DNA from: Fibrobacterota bacterium
GTDB lineage: Bacteria > Fibrobacterota > Fibrobacteria > UBA11236
Reading direction: 5' to 3'
Length of the DNA stretch: 11,007 nucleotides
NCBI GenBank assembly: GCA_043753995.1
Contig: JAYUVP010000184.1
Coordinates: 1 to 11,007 of the forward strand
Below the pieces are notes generated by a model, which did not search any database, was not told where the DNA came from, and saw nothing but the letters and a program-made list of their open reading frames with translations. Positions within the stretch are counted from its first letter, which is position 1, and each line of letters opens with the position of its first letter. Positions 7,131 through 11,007 of the stretch are shown piece after piece. A program made the position numbers and the translations under genes.

Positions 7131-8909
7131 TCAAGGCAGAAACACCTTCACGCTTCTCGGCTTCTTATTCCCGTCCTCGTTCAAAGTGAGTAACCACAAG
7201 CCGCGACTTTGTTGGGTAGCAAGTACAAATCCGCCTTCCCCTGGCGCCAGCCAACCGCTGAAAGCCTGGCTTCCCTGGGCGCGGCTCAAGCGCCACTGAA
7301 GCACCTGCGCGCTTCGGGATTGCAGCCACAAGCCACCCGCTCGGGTTTGCCATTGAGCAAATAGTTCGGGTCGTGCGCCCGACGGGCGAGGGGCGACGGG
7401 CGTTCCAGTCGCAACCTTACGCAAGGAAAGGCTGTCGAAGCAAATCTCGGCGGTGTCGCCCGCGATGTCGAATTCCAAACGTGCTTTGGCATGGGTGGCA
7501 TTCACGGCGAAGCGATGCGAGTGGCCTTGCCATTGCGCGGTAGCCTGGGTGGTCCAAGACGCGAGCGTCGCGAAAGGATCTCCGTCTTGCACCAGGGCGA
7601 CGACGACATTGCGATTGGCGCTGGCGCGCAGGGAAAAGCGTAAGTCATAAGCTTCTCCCGTCTTCACGGCAAAGCCGGGCCAGGAAACCTGGGTCTTCCA
7701 GGGATTGGCGACATCGCTGCCGCCGGGGCGGGCGCATAAGGCGCCGTCGCGCCATTGCATGGAGCTTGGCAAAGGGGCGCCATTCCAAAAGGTCCAGCCG
7801 GCGAGGCCGGTTTTAAAATCACCATTGGCCACGCGTTCGCCGATGGGCAAAAAGCGTGCTCGCGCTACTAGATCGCGCTCGACGAGGACGGTATCCAGGC
7901 TTTGTGATTTTTCACCACCCGAGTCCCAGGCGAAAAATTCCCAGCCCGAATCGGCCTTGGCCTCCAGGGCCACCCGGGTCAAGGCTGGGTAACTTTCAAG
8001 AGACGGGGTCACTTGCACATGACCTCCTTCGGAGACGCGCGGAGTCACGTGAAAAGGACCGGGCTGCCAGGCCACCTTGGAGACGCGCACCCAATCGACG
8101 TGCATGCTTTGAGGAAACGCGGACGTGTCCACGCCCTGCTGACCGCCCCATGCCCCTCCCACCGCTACATTGAGCAGCAAATAAAAGGGTTGATGAAATG
8201 GCCATTTCGACGTTTCGCCCTCATTCTTAAAGGCGAAATAAGCCTTGCCATCCAGGGTGACGAAAAGGCTGTCGGGCCGCCAATCGAGGCCATAGACATG
8301 AAAACTGTCGGCGATGGAGGCCGAGGAAATGGAGCTGCCTTTTTGCGTGTCTTTCACATGATTATAGGCTTCGGTGTGCACGGTGCCATGAATGGTCGTG
8401 GGTTCGTAGCCGACATTTTCCATGATGTCGATTTCACCACTATTGGGCCAATCGCCATAAAGCTTGGACTGGGGTAACATCCAAATGGCGGGCCATAGTC
8501 CTTTGCCGCGCGGCAAGCGGGCGCGAACTTCGACGCGGCCATAGGTCCACAAGGCTAATCCGCGCGTGACGAGGCGGGCCGAGGTAAACTTGCAGGGACC
8601 ATACCAGCAGGTGCCGGTGTCTTCGCGGCGGGCGGTCAGGCGCAATACGCCGCTGTCTATCCAGGCATTGGCGGCGCGGGCCTGAGTATAAAGCTGGGCT
8701 TCGTTATTGCCACCGCCAGCGCCCCCGACATCGTAGGTCCAGCGCTTGGGGTCGGGAAGGCCCGGCGCGTCGAATTCGTCGGACCAAATCAGGACCGAGG
8801 TGGGGGCAGCGGCAGCGAAAGGAGCCGTGGAAAGAAAGGGAGAGGTCGCGAATAGAATGGCTGTCGCGCTAAGTCTAGGGACTAGCCGTGGGATTCGGTG
8901 CATTTCCAT
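7131..8909 (-). CDS. Modular GH16 glycoside hydrolase (laminarinase/beta-1,3-glucanase-like) with an InlB-B/Flg_new-like repeat, CBM4 and a C-terminal sorting-like domain
   Basis: GH16 motifs LIWSDEFD, FTSARL, YGRVEVRARLP, WPAIWML, the catalytic EIDIME (8418-8435) and PFYLLLNVAVGG. A repeat-like module lies at 7851-8054 (GGHVQVTP...Y...V.LEAKADSGWEFFAW...ARF). A CBM4-like module lies at 7413-7841 (NGDF..GL.GW...GALC...PW...GEAY.LRF...W....HRF...ARLEF...ICFDSLSL). The start is uncertain (ATG 8942, 8909 or 8903); a signal-peptide-like segment follows 8903. Confidence 0.93.
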   Translation of the reverse strand: MEMHRIPRLVPRLSATAILFATSPFLSTAPFAAAAPTSVLIWSDEFDAPGLPDPKRWTYDVGGAGGGNNEAQLYTQARAANAWIDSGVLRLTARREDTGTCWYGPCKFTSARLVTRGLALWTYGRVEVRARLPRGKGLWPAIWMLPQSKLYGDWPNSGEIDIMENVGYEPTTIHGTVHTEAYNHVKDTQKGSSISSASIADSFHVYGLDWRPDSLFVTLDGKAYFAFKNEGETSKWPFHQPFYLLLNVAVGGAWGGQQGVDTSAFPQSMHVDWVRVSKVAWQPGPFHVTPRVSEGGHVQVTPSLESYPALTRVALEAKADSGWEFFAWDSGGEKSQSLDTVLVERDLVARARFLPIGERVANGDFKTGLAGWTFWNGAPLPSSMQWRDGALCARPGGSDVANPWKTQVSWPGFAVKTGEAYDLRFSLRASANRNVVVALVQDGDPFATLASWTTQATAQWQGHSHRFAVNATHAKARLEFDIAGDTAEICFDSLSLRKVATGTPVAPRPSGARPELFAQWQTRAGGLWLQSRSAQVLQWRLSRAQGSQAFSGWLAPGEGGFVLATQQSRGLWLLTLNEDGNKKPRSVKVFLP

Positions 8910-8939
8910 GGTGTCTATAGGAATACCCCATTCCTTGCC

Positions 8940-8979
8940 CATTATCTATGCATATCGCGTTCAATCGGTATAGATAATG
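8940..8979. promoter_or_regulatory. Perfect 10-bp inverted repeat with a 20-bp spacer in the divergent GH16/GH30 region
   Basis: CATTATCTAT (8940-8949) and ATAGATAATG (8970-8979) are exact reverse complements. The regulatory role is inferred from position. Confidence 0.55.
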
Positions 8980-9020
8980 CCTGTTTCCACTGCCTATCCC
9001 GGGAAGTGGATTCGGATATC

Positions 9021-9049
9021 TCGACATGAGCCGACTCTCCGGGTATAAA
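9021..9049 (+). promoter_or_regulatory. Candidate sigma70-type promoter for the GH30 gene
   Basis: TCGACA (9021-9026), a 17-nt spacer, then TATAAA (9044-9049). Each box is a 5/6 match to consensus, and the -10 ends 10 nt before ATG 9060. Confidence 0.5.
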
Positions 9050-9059
9050 TTCCCTCTCT

Positions 9060-10649
9060 ATGCCCACTTCCCATTCCTCCTTTCGGGCCAGATTTCGGAT
9101 CGTCTTAGCCAGCCTAGCGGTTTTGGCTCCGCTCGCGCAGGCGCAAATCGTGCTCGCGCCCGATCCCGCCAAGGTTCAGCAAGACTTCGAGGGATGGGGC
9201 GTAAGCCTTTGCTGGTGGGGCCATCAGGTGGGCCGCTGGAATGAAGCCAATCTCATTCGACTCATCGACAAGGTGGTGAATGTCGACACGGGTTTGGGTT
9301 ATAACCTGTTCCGTTACAATATTGGCGGAGGTGACAATCCCAGTCATACCCATCTCACCGAATTCAAAGCCATACCGGGATATAAGGCCACTCAAAACGG
9401 CGCTTATAATTGGAAGGCGGATCCCTATCAGCGCAAGGTCGCCACCTTGCTTCAGGCGAGAGGCAAGAATGTCATCTTCGAGACCTTCGCGAATTCTCCA
9501 CCCTGGTGGATGACCAAGCATCAATGCTCGGGCGGCAATTCGGATGGCTCGGATAATTTGCTCCCGGAGCATTTCGAGACTTTCGCGGAATACCTCGCCG
9601 AAGTGACCCGCTTTTTGCAAGACAGCAGCGGCCTTCGTATCCATACCGTGACCCCCTTCAATGAGCCCTCCAGCACTTGGTGGACGGGCACCAACAAAAC
9701 TCAAGAGGGTTGCGGCTTCGCCAATAATCAAGCGCGCATGGTGAAGCTATTGGCGCAGAAAATCAAGGCTAAGAATCTCGCCATCGGCATTAGTGCGGCC
9801 GATGAGAATTCCATAGCCCAAGCCTTGAGTGGCTTGCAGAAATACGATGACTCAGCCCTCTCGGTGGTGACGCAATTGAATACGCATTCCTATGCGGGTG
9901 TAGACAAGCGTAAGGAACTCGCGGCCAAGGCCGCGGCCCTGAAAAAACCGCTATGGGTCTCGGAAAGCGGGCCTTTGAATTTGCCGACAGGCAGCACAGC
10001 TTATGAGGCCACCTTGTTCATGGCGGATAAAATCGTCCATGATCTCAAGGACATGAAGGTCAATGCCTGGCAAGACTGGCAATTGATTGATGCGGGTGCG
10101 AATTGGCGCTCTTTGGATTTCAATCAAAGCCAGCAAACCTTTACGCCCAATAAAAACTTTTACATGCATGCGCATTTCAGTCGCTTCATTCGCCCTGGTT
10201 CTAAAATTCTGGAAGGTGCGGCAGAAGGAACCTTATTAGCTCAAGTACCTGAAACCGGAAATCTCGTCATGGTGCTTTTGAATACGACGACCGCCGAGAA
10301 AAGCTATTCCATCGATATTTCGAAATTCCCCCAGGCCCTCGTGACGGCGACTATCTACGCGACCAATGCCACCGACAATATGAAAAAACTAACGGACCTG
10401 GCCGTGCAAGCAGGGAAAATCGCGGCAACGGTATCGGCCAAATCCTTGGTCACCGTGGTCCTAAAGGTCGGAAATACCACGGCCCTGCGGCCCATGCTTT
10501 CACCCAGGCGAGGCCTTTCTTGGAGTCCTGTCGGGCGCCACAAAGCCCTTTCCAGACCTGGGTTGCGGATCTATTCGGCCCAAGCGCCTCTAGCCGAGAT
10601 TTTGCCCCAGCGCAATGCGGCTGGGCGGGCTTTTCCTCTTGCGCCTTAA
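9060..10649 (+). CDS. Secreted GH30 glycoside hydrolase, resembling GH30_5 endo-beta-1,6-galactanases, with a basic C-terminal tail
   Basis: Signal peptide ...LAVLAPLAQA|Q. Motifs FEGWGVSLCWW, LGYNLFRYNIGGG, FANSPPWWMT, acid/base PFNEP (Glu 9663-9665), QEGC, LNTHSY, nucleophile LWVSE (Glu 9963-9965) and HFSRFIRPG, then a C-terminal beta-sandwich ending SLVTVVL. The subfamily call is by eye; GH30_4 is not excluded. Confidence 0.9.
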   Translation: MPTSHSSFRARFRIVLASLAVLAPLAQAQIVLAPDPAKVQQDFEGWGVSLCWWGHQVGRWNEANLIRLIDKVVNVDTGLGYNLFRYNIGGGDNPSHTHLTEFKAIPGYKATQNGAYNWKADPYQRKVATLLQARGKNVIFETFANSPPWWMTKHQCSGGNSDGSDNLLPEHFETFAEYLAEVTRFLQDSSGLRIHTVTPFNEPSSTWWTGTNKTQEGCGFANNQARMVKLLAQKIKAKNLAIGISAADENSIAQALSGLQKYDDSALSVVTQLNTHSYAGVDKRKELAAKAAALKKPLWVSESGPLNLPTGSTAYEATLFMADKIVHDLKDMKVNAWQDWQLIDAGANWRSLDFNQSQQTFTPNKNFYMHAHFSRFIRPGSKILEGAAEGTLLAQVPETGNLVMVLLNTTTAEKSYSIDISKFPQALVTATIYATNATDNMKKLTDLAVQAGKIAATVSAKSLVTVVLKVGNTTALRPMLSPRRGLSWSPVGRHKALSRPGLRIYSAQAPLAEILPQRNAAGRAFPLAP

Positions 10650-10723
10650 GCGGTTCCGAGCGCGGCGTCCGTGAGTCGATGTATAATGGAAAATCGTAAG
10701 CGGCCCCCTACTGGAAAAGAATC

Positions 10724-11007
10724 ATGAAAAAATCGCGAACCACACTGGCTTTACCCTCCGGCCTCGGTCTTCTGCTACTGGGAGCGGTCACGGTTCATTC
10801 GCAACCGGTCGTACCCATACGCTGGGCCGCCGTCGGTAATAGCATCACCGAAGGAAGCGGCTATCCCGCGAAATTGCAAAGCCTTTTGGGCCCGGCATAT
10901 AGAGTCGAAAACGACGGTGTGTCCGGCTGCACCCTGTTGAAAAAAGGCGACAAGCCCTATTGGAAGCAAGGTAAATTCCCCCAAGTTTGGGCCCTTCAAC
11001 CGCAAAT
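10724..11007 (+). CDS. Secreted SGNH/GDSL-family esterase (O-acetylesterase-like), 5' part only
   Basis: Not in the ORF track because there is no stop in the window. It translates as MKKSRTTLALPSGLGLLLLGAVTVHS|QPVVPIRWAAVGNSITEGSGYPAKLQSLLGPAYRVENDGVSGCTLLKKGDKPYWKQGKFPQVWALQPQ. Block I GNSIT (catalytic Ser) and block II NxGVSG are present. Confidence 0.9.
   Translation, partial: MKKSRTTLALPSGLGLLLLGAVTVHSQPVVPIRWAAVGNSITEGSGYPAKLQSLLGPAYRVENDGVSGCTLLKKGDKPYWKQGKFPQVWALQPQ

Noticed and set aside
9114..9731. 205-aa antisense ORF over the GH30 gene, and similar antisense ORFs at 3112-3480, 4135-4647 and 8013-8477
   Set aside because: They overlap well-supported genes on the opposite strand and have no recognisable motifs; this is expected from codon bias.
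9060..10649. Calling the GH30 a beta-1,6-glucanase (GH30_3) to match the GH16 glucanase
   Set aside because: The GWGxSLCWW, RYNIGGG, NSPPWWMT and QEGC motifs fit the GH30_5/GH30_4 side better by eye; specificity is left open.
10775..11005. 76-aa minus-strand ORF at the right edge
   Set aside because: It is antisense to the clear SGNH esterase reading frame starting at 10724.

Overview
Bacterial window made almost entirely of genes for exported proteins. An FCB-group organism, possibly Fibrobacterota, is inferred from the C-terminal tails and lipoprotein features; this is not proven. Left to right: (1) the 5' end of a minus-strand gene with a twin-arginine motif, cut by the window edge; (2) a small secreted protein with beta-barrel-like strands (minus); (3) divergent from it, a ~1204-aa Ser/Thr-rich lipoprotein with no catalytic domain, built from 7 Ig-like and 4 PPC-like modules (Ig x3, then [PPC-Ig] x4); (4) a hairpin-rich 300-nt spacer; (5) a ~745-aa secreted orphan protein with lower GC; (6) a CAZyme cluster: a modular GH16 (GH16 + InlB-B-like repeat + CBM4 + CTD-like tail, minus) head-to-head with a GH30 (subfamily-5-like, plus), then an SGNH/GDSL esterase cut by the right edge. 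I saw no RNA genes, mobile elements or CRISPR arrays. The most notable items are the mosaic Ig/PPC lipoprotein, the basic degenerate T9SS-like tails on the two glycosidases, and the symmetric divergent promoter region. Family calls come from motif recognition by eye, not from database searches.
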